NCBI GenBank assembly: GCA_020184695.1
Contig: JAANOX010000062.1
Coordinates: 74,189 to 138,188, forward strand
Direction: 5' to 3'
Length of the DNA stretch: 64,000 nucleotides
Origin: Histomonas meleagridis 2922-C6/04-290x
Lineage: Eukaryota; Protista; Parabasalia
Under the pieces are notes generated by a model. The model did no database searches and had not been told where the DNA came from. It was given only the letters and a program-made list of their open reading frames with translations. Positions 35,602 to 49,555 of this stretch are shown here, piece after piece. The translations under genes and the position numbers were made by a program. Position 1 is the stretch's first letter, and every line of letters begins with the position of its first letter.

Positions 35602-36759
35602 TTAAAACACAGAATGCCATACTTTTGGTGAGACATCGTTTGGAGTTTTTGCTACGTAAGCAACATCATCTGTATAATGTATTTCGAAATCGACGCACAA
35701 TGTGCCTCCTCTTGGTGATTTCAACAATTCGTCCCATTTCTTCATTACAATTTGGTCCACGAATTTATTACCCCATAAACATAAATCAGTTACAGAAGAA
35801 TTTGATGGTAAATTATTTGCAAATTCGATAATTCCGACTCCGTTAATTCCGTTACTTGAAACATCAATTTTTCGTAAAGTTTTATTTGTTTTTAACATTT
35901 CAGCAAATGCTTTTGCTCCTTTATCACCAATTTTATTATTAGAAATATCTAAAACTTCTAAAGAATTATTGAATTTTAATGAATTTGCTAATTGTTCTGC
36001 ACCAACACTTGAAATTCTATTTCCGCGAAGTCGAAGATTTGTCAAGATTGAATTAACTTGTAAAAAATTAGAAATTAATAACGCAGAATCATCGCTAAGT
36101 TTCGCTCGCGCGATACTTAGTTCTGTTAATGAATCATTTGTACACAATGACAAAAATAATCGTTTGGCAGCACTATCTCCATCAATACGATTATGAGGAT
36201 TATCGACATGTATACACTTTAGTCGATGAATTTCGCCGATTAAAGCCCCTAAATATGTTAATGAATTTTGTGATATTCCTGTATCTGATAAATCAAGATA
36301 TGTTATATTACGGTTGACACGTAGAGAAGAAATAATATCCATACACCCTTCATCACCTATGTCATTTTGCGCAAATGAGATTTGGATTAATGACCGACTT
36401 TGAACCAACGCATCTTGAAGAGATTTAATTCCATTAGACGTAATTAAATTGGCTGAAAAATCAATTTGCTTAATGGAATCGGATTGAAGCAAGAGTTGAG
36501 AAACTCCTGGAAGAATCGCATCTGTAAGATTATTTCGTGGAACTCGAATAATGTTAACACAAACTTTCTTTAGCGTATCAAGAATTATCATAAAATCATT
36601 GTCTGTAAGTTTATCATACATAATCCCTCCATCAATTACGACATCTAATGTTGAACGCCCACGGGTAATACATTTTTCAATTTCATTTAAAAATTCTTTT
36701 CTTGGTTCAATATTTGCTTCTTTGCATTTCTGAACGTATTCATCCAGAAGCTCTTCCAT
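35602..36759 (-). CDS. Ribonuclease-inhibitor-type LRR protein (LRRC34/NLRC3-like)
   Basis: Repeats LxxLxLxxNxIxxxGAxxLAxxL (LRLRGNRISSVGAEQLANSL; LDISNNKIGDKGAKAFAEML). Confidence 0.8.
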   Translation of the reverse strand: MEELLDEYVQKCKEANIEPRKEFLNEIEKCITRGRSTLDVVIDGGIMYDKLTDNDFMIILDTLKKVCVNIIRVPRNNLTDAILPGVSQLLLQSDSIKQIDFSANLITSNGIKSLQDALVQSRSLIQISFAQNDIGDEGCMDIISSLRVNRNITYLDLSDTGISQNSLTYLGALIGEIHRLKCIHVDNPHNRIDGDSAAKRLFLSLCTNDSLTELSIARAKLSDDSALLISNFLQVNSILTNLRLRGNRISSVGAEQLANSLKFNNSLEVLDISNNKIGDKGAKAFAEMLKTNKTLRKIDVSSNGINGVGIIEFANNLPSNSSVTDLCLWGNKFVDQIVMKKWDELLKSPRGGTLCVDFEIHYTDDVAYVAKTPNDVSPKVWHSVF

Positions 36760-37393
36760 TTGAAGTAACGTACAAACAAATTATATACTTTACATTATTT
36801 CATATCACTAAAGACACTATAGGCTTATAAAATAAAAATATCTTTTTAGGATAATATGTTTTTGTTTTTTTATTCCATGAAATATAAAGCTCGTATTATG
36901 GCTATTATATATAAAAAATATTAAATCGAATATATCAATATTTTTATATTAAAAAATTGTTTCTAAAATTAATTTCTTCTGGTGAACATCCTTAAAATCG
37001 GTACTTAAATATAAATGGAAGTCTCGTCTACACCTTGTTAATTCGTTAAAATCCACAAATCATCAGGCGCATGTTCTAAATTTTTTACCGGTTAGTATAA
37101 ACTGTAACAATTGTTTCAATAATATTTTACTATCTTTTGATATAATTTCTATAAAAGTGATTATCCGATTTAAATTCTCTATGTCTTATTGGAGGATGTG
37201 ATAATCAATAAGTTCATACCATATGGATCTAATAACAAATAATGGAAACATTATTTTATATCGAAATCCCCAAACGATTATTGATTCTGCTCCAATTACA
37301 TCTTCAAATTAAACACAAAAGATGCTACAACGAAACTGTACTTTTGAAAAATTTTACACGTAAAACATAAATTTAACAAAACACAATTTCTAT

Positions 37394-40300
37394 TTATTTA
37401 TTTGGCATAATTCTTCCCACAGTCAAAACCGGTATTGATATGTTATACTCGACGACTCTGAACTCCCATAGCACTTCCACTGTTTTCACTGACGTCGGCA
37501 AATATGAGAACGACATTTTATATCTTTTTCCGCTTGACATGAGCACGTTTGGCGTCAGGCATTCGATTGGACTATTTTTTGGGTTTGATTTCATTATCCA
37601 AACGATTTGATAAGGGGAAGCAGTCGGATTAATAATTTCGAATTTTTTAAAAGTTTTTATACCAATTGCACCTGAAAACATTTCGATAACTTTAATATTC
37701 TCTGGTAATTGATAGTTATAATCGGGATGTCTTCTCTTTAAGTAATCGGACATCTGCAGATTGAAATGACACAAAGGTCTTCGTGAGAATGCAATGACAT
37801 TAATCGTTGGCGGGTCCATAACTTGTAGAAATGGAATTTGCATGATAACTTTCGCTTTAAAGTCGTCGACTTCTAATGGCGAAAAACTAATTTTGAATAC
37901 ACAAGTTTGTTGTGGGTTAATATAACCTGTTGTCGGTAATACTGAAAATGGGATTTCATTAATTTGTTGTGAATAATTCGTTCGTAAACTAATGAAGTCT
38001 TTGATGACCCATGAATAATCAAATCGTATCATTGACGTGTTGGTGATTTTAACCTCGACAAATCGCGTCTGGTACATCATAGTTGGCGCAAATGATATTT
38101 CGGTGGTGTCAATTGAATATCGAATTAAATCGGAAATGGCATTAACTTTAAGAATTAATTCTCGTGGTTTAAGACCATCAATGAGATGATATGGTGGCTC
38201 TGGTTTAACATCAACGATTTTAATGGTTTCATTTCCATTGGTTTGTGATGTTGGAATTGGAGAAACGTTCAAATGCGTTGTGCTGTTTTTGACAACTTTA
38301 CTTGCGCCGCGTTGAAGTCTTTTGTTCGAAGGTTTTGTAGTATGTATCATATTGTCTTCTTGTGGAGGAAGCATCTGTTGAAGCATTGAAGTCTTGGTGA
38401 CAAATTTGACAATCTTCATCGAATCATCCCAATCAGGAGAATTCGGATATTCATACTCAATTGGCGCCCATTGACATGGAATCTTAAGGCCATTGTATTT
38501 GACTGGTTTATCCGTGATGAAATTCACTTTGATCTCTTTTGATTCTTGTGGATGAATATGTCCAACTTGTGGAGAAAATGTAAACTCGTGTTGGCTTTGC
38601 CATGAAAAACGAATCGTATTTTGACTGACGTTCTTCATTATGAATGTTTGTTGTTGTTGACGTCCAATTACATTATCTTTAAAATCTAATGAACCTTCAT
38701 CTTCTGATAAGCCTTCAAGAATAAAGTCCTCACTAAATCCTTCGCCAATAAACGAAAAACTTAAGTTTGCTTTAGGATTTTCTGCAACTGATATCATTAA
38801 ATCATATTGTCCTTTCCTAGGTTTTGTTGGTGAAAATATAACAGAAAGGTTTAAAATACGACCTGGATCAATTGTAATTTCTTTTTCAGGTGAAGAAATT
38901 TCTTCTAGTTGGAAATCAGGAGCACTTTTTTCAGTAATTTCAACAACAGTTGGAATCAAACCGTTATTTTTCAATGCTATCGTTTTCTCTTTTGTGAACC
39001 CAATTAACGTTCTCCCCATATTAAAAATCACCGGTGAAGTCTTCAATTGCTTTGAGTCTAATGAAATACAAGTTAATTGAGGTAATGTACCAGTGCCTTC
39101 TATTAGGAACTTTAAGTTTTTAGTAGAAGGATTAGTACCACCTCTAACTATAGCTTCAAAAGAAACAATAAACTTATCACAAAATATTGGAGTGAAAGTT
39201 AATTTCACACTTTTTGATGAATTTGCAGGAATTTCTATTGTTTTCGAACTAAGTTCTAATTGTTGAAGACCTTTTAAATATTTAGGTTTAGCATTCATGT
39301 TAATGTCGACAATACAATTTATAGGGAAAGGATTAATCAAATAAATATCAATAGATTTTTGATGTTGTAAAGTCAAAGGTTGAAAGTGAAGAGTAAATTC
39401 GTCTTCAAGGAATGCAGTATGATCAGACTTTTGTAAATCATAACGTAAACATAAATGTGTACCTTTAAAAATATTTTCGAAGTCATTATTTTTAATTCCA
39501 GGGATGAAAGATTCCGCAGTTAATTGAAATGGAATACCATTTTGTTGAATTAATTTTGGGTTACAATCAGTGAAAGAAAAATAGATACAAGAATTATATT
39601 TCCCAGGAGTAAAGGAACTAAATTCGAAGTCAATAGTTACTGTTTGATTCCGTTCAACAGTACCTGAACAAGGTGCCAAAATAAAGTTCCCAACTGCGAC
39701 GGTTTTGTCGGTGAATTTCCTTGTTTTAAGTTTTGTCATTTGTTTATTTTGTTGAGATTTTTTACCTTTAATACTATTATTTGTCACACTTAATTCATCA
39801 TCTTCTTTCGGTACTGTAATTTCATAGTTAAATGGGAATATTCCATTATTTTTTAATGTGATTTGTTTATTTTTTGTTGAGTTTACAGCTAAAGGACCAA
39901 AGTCTAATTGTTCAGCAGGGTTTAAAATGAACGAACTATAAAATGTTTCGACTGAAAAAGGAATTGAAAGTTCGCCAATTTTAGTTTTAGTTAATTCATC
40001 GAATATATATAATGTTATAGCTTTTTGTAATTTGTATTTCATTAATTTATTTGGACAAATATTAAACAAAATTTGTGTTGATTTACCACCATTAATAATT
40101 CCTTCGATTGGATTAATTTTAAAGAATGATCTTTTACTTTTAGGTTTTATTTCGATTTTAAAGTTCGATGGATATTTTCCTTTGTTTAATAAGTTACATT
40201 GTATTGTTTTTTCTTGATTAACTTTTAATTGTCCAAATTGTAAATGATCATTTCCACGCGGGAATTGGAAATCAAATGAAACATCAAAAGATTCCGCAAA

Positions 40301-43300
40301 AATCGGAAAACTTTTTGTAGAAAAAACTTTTGATTCTGTTATATCGAAAACTTCGAGTTGAATATTTTTTTTGATAGTAATAGTTTTCATTGAACAATAT
40401 TTAATTTCGACAATAAAACTTTCATTTGGTTCAATGATACCTTCGATTGCATTAATATTAAAATAATCGGCTAAACTTTGAGTGTTCTTTAAATGCCAAT
40501 ACGCTGATAATTTTCCCATTATTATATAATTCGAGTTTTTAATACTCGAAATTGTTTTATTAAAAGTTTACCGAAATCGAATTCATTTATCGAAGTTTCA
40601 ATAATTGGAACACAACCTTCCGCCAAAACATTAAATATTAATGGCTCCGGATTATCTTTTATCAATATTATCATTTGATTTTTATATATTTCAGCGTTTA
40701 AAGGATTAATACCAAATATAATTTCACCTTTTTCATTTGGATTTATTGTTAATTGTGGAGTTTCAATGAGAAATGAAGTTTTAGGTATTAAAAATGTCGA
40801 TGTAATATCAATTGGAAATGTCGAAACATTTGTTAAATATATTGAAGTTTTATATTGTAAATTTTTTGGTTTTTCTTTACATATTAATAATGAGCCGAAA
40901 TAAAATTCATTTGTTTTTAATTACATAAGTAAATTTCGATTTAGGATCAAATTTACGTATTTTATTTGGAAATATGTTTTGTATATTTCGATCTATTTCA
41001 GGATATGAACATTTAGCAAAAACATTTAATTTAAATATTTCCGATTTTGCATTAATTATCGAAAATAAAATTGTATCTTTATAACTTCCAATGTTTTGAC
41101 CAAAGAATTTAATTTTGTAATTGTTTCGATGAATTAGAATCAATTTTTCCAACGCGGAGTTCTTCGATTTATTTCATAATCATTAATATTTAATTCTTTA
41201 ATAAGACTATTTCTTCTTGTTGACTTCGATGATCTTCTACCAACTGTATGTGAATCAGGTCTTAATGATTTATTATTTTGTTGAGGGAATTCGAATATTT
41301 CATCACTAATAATTGTGAAATATTTTGGCATTGTAATTAATGTATTAATTTTTTTAGGTTTTTCATTAACAAATATTTTCGATGTGGAAATAAAATCATC
41401 AAATGATTTCTCTTTAATTTGTGATTGTTTTGGGATATAATTTATAATAATATTTTTGATTTGTTCTAATGTTAATGTTGATACGTCAATTAAAATTGTA
41501 TTTTTATTTTGTTTTATAAATTCATTTAGTTTTGTCTAATTTCTTTTTATTATTATTAATATTTTTATTCGATTTTTGATTATGACGTTGAGTTGAACGA
41601 CTCGATTTCTTGTTAATATTATTATCATGTTCAAATGCTTGTTGAAGTAATTTATTTCGTACATTTTGTCGTTTCTCATCAACAATATTCTTTTCTTCTT
41701 CATTAAGGTTTTCATATTGTGATTCAGTCATATTAAAAAGATTTTCTTTTTCTTGATGTTGTTCAATTCTTTTTTGTTTTCTTATTAACGATTTTTGTTT
41801 TTCTTCACGTTCTATTAATACATCTTCATTAATATTTAACGTGATTTGAAATATATAATGTCCATCAAGAGAATTTATTATATAATTTAAAATGATTTCT
41901 AAAGATGTTAAGTTTTGATGTTGTATTATATAAAATGGATTTTTTTGTAATTCGATTTCAATATTTTTTTGTTTTTGACAATGAGTAATAAATTGTTGTG
42001 TAGTATTTTGTTCTTGTAATATATTCGATAATCCATCAATTATAAAACCATTAACATAATCTTTTTGATTAATTAAATCTGAAAATATTTTTATATATTC
42101 ATCTGAATTAATTTCATTTTTATCAATTAAATCTTTAAATATTTCTTTTAAGTTAATAATTGGAATATTTAAATATTCCGAAATAATTTTTGCAATTGTA
42201 CTTTTACCACTTATAGGTGGACCATTAATTATAATACAAATAGAAACATTCGAAATTAAATTATTATTTGTAATTAATTTTTCATTTTCATTTTCATTTT
42301 TGTTATTAATTAATTTTTTGGATTCAATATAATCGATTAAACGTTGCATATCATATTGTAATGCCATAACTTCAATTGGATAATTTGTTGGATTAATAAT
42401 TTTGAAATTAGTTGTATATGATTCAGAATAAGCATTTATTGGAGGAATAATAATTTCATTTGGTTCGAAAGTTATACGTAATTGTATACCTGTACCTTGT
42501 AATGTTAAATATATTGGTTGATTATTATATTTTATATTTATAGGAAATTGCATTGAATATAATTTTTCTGTTTTTGGTGTAAAAATTATTTCAATTACTT
42601 CAGTAGAAAATGGTAATAATATTCCTGTAGAAGGATTTGCAATAAAAATTTGTTGTGATTTTGTTGTGTTAATATTTCGTTGTATTAAATTAGTATATTG
42701 TGCATCAGAAAATGAGAATTCACAATTTATTGGATTTAAATTTTTGATTTGTAATGTAATTAATTTCGATTGTCCAATAATTACATTACCAAAATCGAAA
42801 TGTAAATTCGAAAAATGTAAAATTGGCATTTCTAAAACAGATTTTAAGTTAATAATTGTATATAAATCATTATTAAATATAATTGGAATTTCTAATTCGA
42901 CTTCACCTATAATTTCTTTATTATGTTTTAATGTATCAAACATTATTGTGATTTGTAATTCAGTATCAAATGGTACATTTTCAAATGATGTTGGCTCGAT
43001 AATAAAACCAGTACCAATTAAATTATTTGTATTAATTTCAAATGAAATTGGAAAATTTGATTTTGATTTCATAATAAAAGTTTTCGATTCATTTTGTCCA
43101 AAAATAATTTTTCCCATATTAATTTCATATCTATTTGTTATAATATATGGTAATTCATTAATAGTTTTACCTAAAATTCGTTTTTTAAATCCGAGACTTT
43201 TATCATTAATAAATTTTGTTACTAATTTGTTTTCAATTGAATTTAATATTTCTTCATTAATATTATTATTATTTTCATTATTTTCATTATATATTTTTAA

Positions 43301-46300
43301 TAATGGATCATTTGTTGATCGTGGAAGATTAATATATAATTGTGGTATAAAACAATTTACATTAATATCTATTCGTACGTCATCATAATGACCAATTTGT
43401 ATAATGAATGAACCATTAAATTTATTAGGTAAACCACATAAAACATTAACATTTAATATAAATGTTTCTTGTATTTGTATTATACCTTCCATAGGTTCTA
43501 TAGTTAATTTTTGGAATTTGTTATTTTTCGGTATTTTAATTTTAAATGAAATTGATATATCACTTAAATTTTGTATTGTAACTTTTTGGTTTAAATTATC
43601 AATGAAATTCCTTGAGCCAAATTCGATATGTAATGGATCTATTTTATATTTAATAGAAGCAGATCCTCCATTTAAATGTATAACATATTCAGGTCCGCCT
43701 TTAACATGACATATTGCTGTAGCATTAAATTCCGCACTTTTACCATTTAAATCACTTAATGCAAAGAAACTAAAATGTATAACTTCATTTTGATTAGGTT
43801 CTAATGTCGTTCTAATTGGATAAATATTAAATATTTTGGTTATGTCATAATTTTTATGTGATGGTAATAATTCCCAATAAAAATCAGCTTTTAATTCACT
43901 AATGTTTTTGATTTCAATTCCTTTTGTTTGTTCTGTGTTGATTAACATATTACCAAAGTTTATGTCACCTGAAGGATTAAATAATAAATTCGGAAATATT
44001 ATAATTCCTTTTAAATTGAGAAAATATTTTTGACTATGATTCGGAAATGAAATTAATAATTTTTGATTTATTGTTTCTGAGATAAAATCTGTTTTAAATG
44101 ATGGATCAAATTTGATTGTTAAAGATTTCTTTTCATTAGATTCAAATGAAAGATTCGTTTGTGATATTATAAATGGTAAATTACAATCGATTTTAATTGA
44201 CATTGAAATCGGTGTTTTATTTGTAATAGAAATTGTTTTTTCGATTTGTTTTAATAATGATTTCGTTGGAGATATTGAATTTGAAGAATTTTCTTCTTCT
44301 AACTCAATGTTATGTAAATGTTTAAATTCTATTTGTTGCTCTGAGAATATAAAATTCGGTTTAATGATTTTACCTTTAAATAATGGTTCGAATAATGTAA
44401 TTCTTTTATTATGATTTGTTGTATAACATTGAGATTTAATTGAGAAATTTGTTGGTAAATTACATTTAATGGAAAATGTAAATTCGACTGAACTTTGTGG
44501 CATTATAACTTGTTGTTCAGGGATAACATTAAATATTAAATTCGTATTAACGCCATCATCAATTTTAGGTTTGGATTGTATCCATCTTAAAATTTGTTTT
44601 TTATTTCCTTTGTTATTAAATGTGACTTTTTTGGTTACTAATGTTTCATTTAAAATATAACCAAAATCAATTTCTGTTAAATCAATCGATGATATTATTG
44701 GTGATCCAATTCCAATTGCAATAATTGGTATCGTTATTAATCGTAAATATTGAAATTGTAATAATAAATTTCCTTTAAATTTTGATGAATCATTTAGAAA
44801 TGCTTCGATTTGAAATGTTATTGTTTCATTTTCTTTAATTGTTCCATTATTAATAGGTAATGAAAAACAATTATGTTTCGTTTGTTGGATTTCCGCTGTA
44901 AAATTTGCTGATATTTTAGAATTATTTGTAATAGTAATTTCAATTATTTGTTTCGTTAATACTTTAACTGTTCCAAAATTAATTTCATTTTGTGAAATTA
45001 TGATTTCTGGTCCAATACAGATCCCTTTAATGAAAAATGGAAGAAATTCTTTTTCATTTCCAATGATTTTAATGTGTTGTGATATCAGAAATGTTCCAAG
45101 TTTTAAATTAATAATTCGAATTTTAATGTTTGATATAGAATTTGCTTTTATAATACCATTCGGTGTTTCATTGATAATTTGACTTTGTGTTGTGATTTCA
45201 TTTGGTGAAATAATTTCATATTTAGCTGGAAATTCTGTATCATTAACAAGTTGAAATGTTGTTTCATACGGATAATTTATAAAAATATTCCCTAAATCAA
45301 TAGTGGAATTTCTAATTGTAATATTCGGACAAATACAATTCGCCATAATTGGAATTTCAGTCAAATTTTTCCCATATTTAAAAATATCAAAACTTAACAT
45401 TAAATTATATCTTTGAATCATATTTGGAATAAATTCAATTGTAACAATTTGTTTGGAATATTTGTTAATAAATCCTTTACTATTGTTAATTTTAAATTCG
45501 CGTTGTGAAAACGTTTCGTTTTGTTTCAAATGAAATAAATAATCAAATGATATTTCAGATTTGTTCTCAACTTCAACTTCAAATGTATATAAAAAGCCAT
45601 AACTAAATGTTCCAAAAATAATTTCTTTCGGTTGAATATTAAATGTTGGTCCAATAACTTTCCCAAAAAATGTAATTTTCGGTTCATTATCGATAACTCC
45701 TTTGATAAATATTCGAAATATTTCATTAAATTGAACTACTGCATTAGCAATAAATTTGATTCGAATATCATTTGAATTACCTGGCGCAATGATACCACGC
45801 GATGGCGTGAATTCAAAAATTAATCCATTGTTCAATGTTTGTGTTTCAATGTTAAAATCAACATCAATTTTCCCAACATTTTCAAGTTTAACTGTATATT
45901 CTAAAATACTATCAAGGAAAACATGTCCAATATTAATAGATTGAAGATTAAGAATCGCTTCTGGTGGTAAACCATAACCAATTAACGGTAAAATAATCCT
46001 TCCTCCCGTTTCTTTAACATATAAATAAGAAATATCTTTATGTGGTCCTGCAATATTCGGTCGAAAATTAATGGTGATTTCAAGGATTCGTTTTGGCCAA
46101 ACTTCAAAATTCGTTGTTTCGAAAAAAAATATTTCTGAATTGAATAAAAGAAGATGTGAATATGAATCTCTTTGATTTGCACTCAAAACATCTGTTTCTT
46201 CAATAATTTTATTTTCTTCATTTTCGTTTGGAAATTTTCGCCATTCAAAATGAAGGATTTGTTTTGTGTCATTAATAATTTTCACTGTATATGATGTTGT

Positions 46301-46360
46301 GGTTGATACATATGTTTTTGGAAAATATATTGATGTTGGTTCGATTCTGATTTCATTCAT
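37394..46360 (-). CDS. HYDIN: HYDIN-like central-pair protein (~3000 aa), with at least 6 frameshifts clustered at ~40.5-41.55 kb
   Basis: Serial ASH-like repeats (IDFGxxxxxxxxxxxxxIxNxxxxxxxF), adenylate-kinase-like IINGPPISGKST segment, C-terminal FSPLEVDDF / IPVLTVG. The frames between ORFs 41522-46390 and 37394-40519 are open and Hydin-like by manual translation. Confidence 0.85.
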
Positions 46361-46538
46361 GAAATAACGTTTTTTAATGAGGTGCCCCAATAAATAACAA
46401 ATAAAAAATTTAATATTAATATTTCAGTTCAAGACATTTCTCTTTAAGAAAAAGAGATACACAAATAACACAAAAATATCAAAGCACATTAAAAATTTGT
46501 ATTTAAAAAATTATTGCCATTTCATTTTTATTCATGAA

Positions 46539-48451
46539 TCAGATGGCAAATTTGTTATCTTCTTGAAAATCAGTTGCAAATGGATCTTCTTCAATATCCG
46601 CAATGTTCATTACTGCGGAATATGTACTATCTTTTCCATTTTGCTCATCAGAACTTTTCGTAGTTTCATATGAAAAATTTTTATTTTTGTTCTTTATTTT
46701 AATGATAACAATTATAAGTATCAAAATAATTATAATTATTACAACTGCAATACAAATAGATGTGATAATTGTTATATTATTTTTTTATTCGAATTTGATT
46801 CTGACGAATATAAAATGGTATAAAAATTGGAATAATAACGAATGTAAATTGAATATGTAATAACTTCATAATCATAATAAATAATTAATGTTGGAATGTA
46901 AATAATATCTGTACCTTTGAATGAATATAAAAATGAATTCGTAATTGATGAAAATATTGTAACAGTTTGCGATAATAATATAGAAAATGTTAATGAAAAT
47001 GTTTTTGTAATATTTATATGATTAAAAAATGTATTTGATTGTGAAAATGAATTTGAACGAGTAAATGTATTCGAACTAGAAAATGTATTTGAGTTAGAGA
47101 ATGAATTTGATTGTGAATATGTATTCGAATTCGAGAATGTATTTGATAATGTAAATGAATTTGAATCAGTAAATGTATTTGAGAATGTAAATGAATTTGA
47201 TTGTGTGAAAATATTTGACATTGTAAATGTATTAGAGAATGAATTTGATTGTGAAAATGAATTTGATTCACTAAATGTATTTGATAATGTAAATGTTTGT
47301 GTAGGCCATGGAGGACATCCTATTTCTGTTGGATCATTTAAAATACTGAAATATTCACCAAATGTATCATCGTTATATTCATTTGTTGTGATAACATATG
47401 TAAAAGGATCAAATGATTTCGCATAAACAATAGGACTTGAATCCCCATAATAATAAACACATGAAAGATGACAGCAATAAAATGCATAATTACAAATTTC
47501 ATTGACATTTCCTTTAAATTCAATAAAATTTAAATTAGTACATACATAAAATGCAGAATCACCAATTTTGTGTACATTTCCTCCAAATACAATCGAAATT
47601 AAATTTGTACAATAATAAAATGCAGAATCACCAATTTTGTGTACATTTCCTCCAAATACAATCGAAATTAAATTAGTACAATAATAAAATGCAGAATCAC
47701 CAATTTCATTGACATTTCCTTCAAATACAATCGAACTTAAATTAGTACAATAATAAAATGCAGAATCACCAATTTCATTGACATTTCCTTCAAATACAAT
47801 CGAACTTAAATTAGTGCAATAAAAAAATGCATGATCACCAATTTCATTCACATTTTCTTTAAATAAAATATTATTTAAATTAGTGCAATGATAAAATGCA
47901 TAATCACCAATTTCATATACATTTCCTTGAAATAAAATAAAATGTAAATTATTGCATAGTTGAAATGCGTCTTCAGCGATTGAACAATTTAAAGTATCAA
48001 TCGTTAAATAATATAATGTTTCACAAAAAGAAAAAGCAGAATTTGGAATATAGTTAACAGTACCATGAATCAAAACTGAATATAAATCAAGAGTTTTATC
48101 AATATTGTTCATTTGTTCTTCAGAGTTTACTATAAATGTAAATGGAGGTACCATAAACTCTTGGAATGTATGAACAAAAAATATTGCAAATATAAACAAA
48201 TTGTTTTGGTTTTCTTTATAAAAAATCATTTTAACAAAAAAGATTGTTAATAAAATCATTAATATCAGGAAATTATTAAGATTAATAATATTATCTTTAA
48301 GATCATCAAGAAAAGTGTAATCATATGATTTTTGAAAAACAATATTCTGTTTGATGTAAAATGTTTCATCAGAAGAGTCAATAAATGATTGTGAACATGA
48401 AGAAACAATGAAATAAGTTGAGAATAGATAAAATATAAGATGAAAATACAT
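46539..48451 (-). CDS. BspA-like surface protein; frameshift in an A7 run just before the TM helix
   Basis: 23-aa repeats FxGNVNEIGDSAFYYCTNL; SNTFSQSNSF stalk; TM and EEDPFATDFQEDNKFAI tail lie in the next frame (46539-46790). Confidence 0.85.
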
Positions 48452-48629
48452 GAATGAAACCAAAGTGAAGTTGATTTACTTCACTCGACGATAAAATTTT
48501 CAAATAAAATTATATGAATTCGAACAATCTTTCATTTGAATTTTGATGAATTATTCAGAAATGTTTCGACTGTGAAGTTGTTACTTCCTTTGGGAAGTAA
48601 ATCATTTGAATTAGTTTCGTTCAAAAATT

Positions 48630-49420
48630 AATTTCATGTTGTAAAATTATGATTTATGGTACAATACATATCCATTTAATAAATAATGGAAGAAATTATT
48701 TTTCATTTCCAATGATTTTAATGTGTTGCGATATTAGAAATGTTCCAAGTTTTAAATTAATAATTCGAATTTTAATGTTTGATATAGAATTTGCTTTTAT
48801 AATACCATTCGGTGTTTCATTGATAATTTGATTTTGTGTTGTGATTTCATTTGGTGAAATAATTTCATATTTAGCTGGAAATTCTGTATCATTAACATGT
48901 TGATTCGAATCCTAAAATTAAACCATTGTTCAATGTTCGTGTTTCAATGTTAAAGTCAACATCAATTTTCCCAACATTTTCAAGTTTAACTGTATATTCT
49001 AAAATACTATCAAGAAAAACATGTCCAATATTAATAGATTGAAGATTAAGAATCGCTTCTGGTGGTAAACCATAACCAATTAATGGTAAAATAATCCTTC
49101 CTCCCGTTTCTTTAATGTATAAATAAGAAATATCTTTATGTGGTCCTGCAATATTCGGTCGAAAATTAATGGTGGTTTCAAGGATTCGTTTTGGCCAAAC
49201 TTCAAAATTCGTTGTTTCAAAAAAAAATATTTCTGAATTGAATAAAAGAAGATGTGAATATGAATCTCTTTGATTTGCACTTAAAACATCTGTTTCTTCA
49301 ATAATTTTATTTTTCTTTGTTTAGTTGTAATTTTTACATTGATGATAAGCATATTAAGATGATGATTATGATTGGATTCTATTTCATAAAATAACGTTTT
49401 TTAAACGGGCTGCCCCAATT
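48630..49420 (-). pseudogene. Degraded duplicate of the HYDIN 5' region with internal deletions
   Basis: 48649-48900 matches ~45000-45245; 48915-49315 matches ~45815-46215; 49390-49420 matches ~46362-46395. Confidence 0.9.
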
Positions 49421-49555
49421 AAATATCAAATAGAAAAATTTTTACAAAGAACAGAAACTCAGAAATATATTTACTGTTTTTATAGTGAACATATTTCATG
49501 TCCCTCATTTTGTTAATGCATAAAAAATTCCGCTTATCAATTTTTACTAAATTAT

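Noticed and set aside
35625-45944. Numerous 60-240 aa antisense or alternative-frame ORFs over the LRR gene and Hydin (and over eRF1 and the P-loop gene)
   Set aside because: They are shadows of coding bias on the opposite strand, with no domain motifs.
13766-46360. Stop-codon reassignment or programmed frameshifting as the cause of the split ORFs
   Set aside because: The breaks are frameshifts, mostly in homopolymers, not in-frame TAR/TGA; all three stops terminate intact genes; no shared slippery or stimulatory structure was seen.
20223-46360. Spliceosomal introns explaining the ABC or Hydin frame breaks
   Set aside because: No GT...ACTAAC-ACACAG parabasalid intron signature; one-base changes restore the frames.
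47000-47900. CRISPR-like or satellite array
   Set aside because: The 69-bp and ~18-bp repeats are in-frame coding units of the BspA LRRs and stalk; there are no unique spacers, and the context is eukaryotic.
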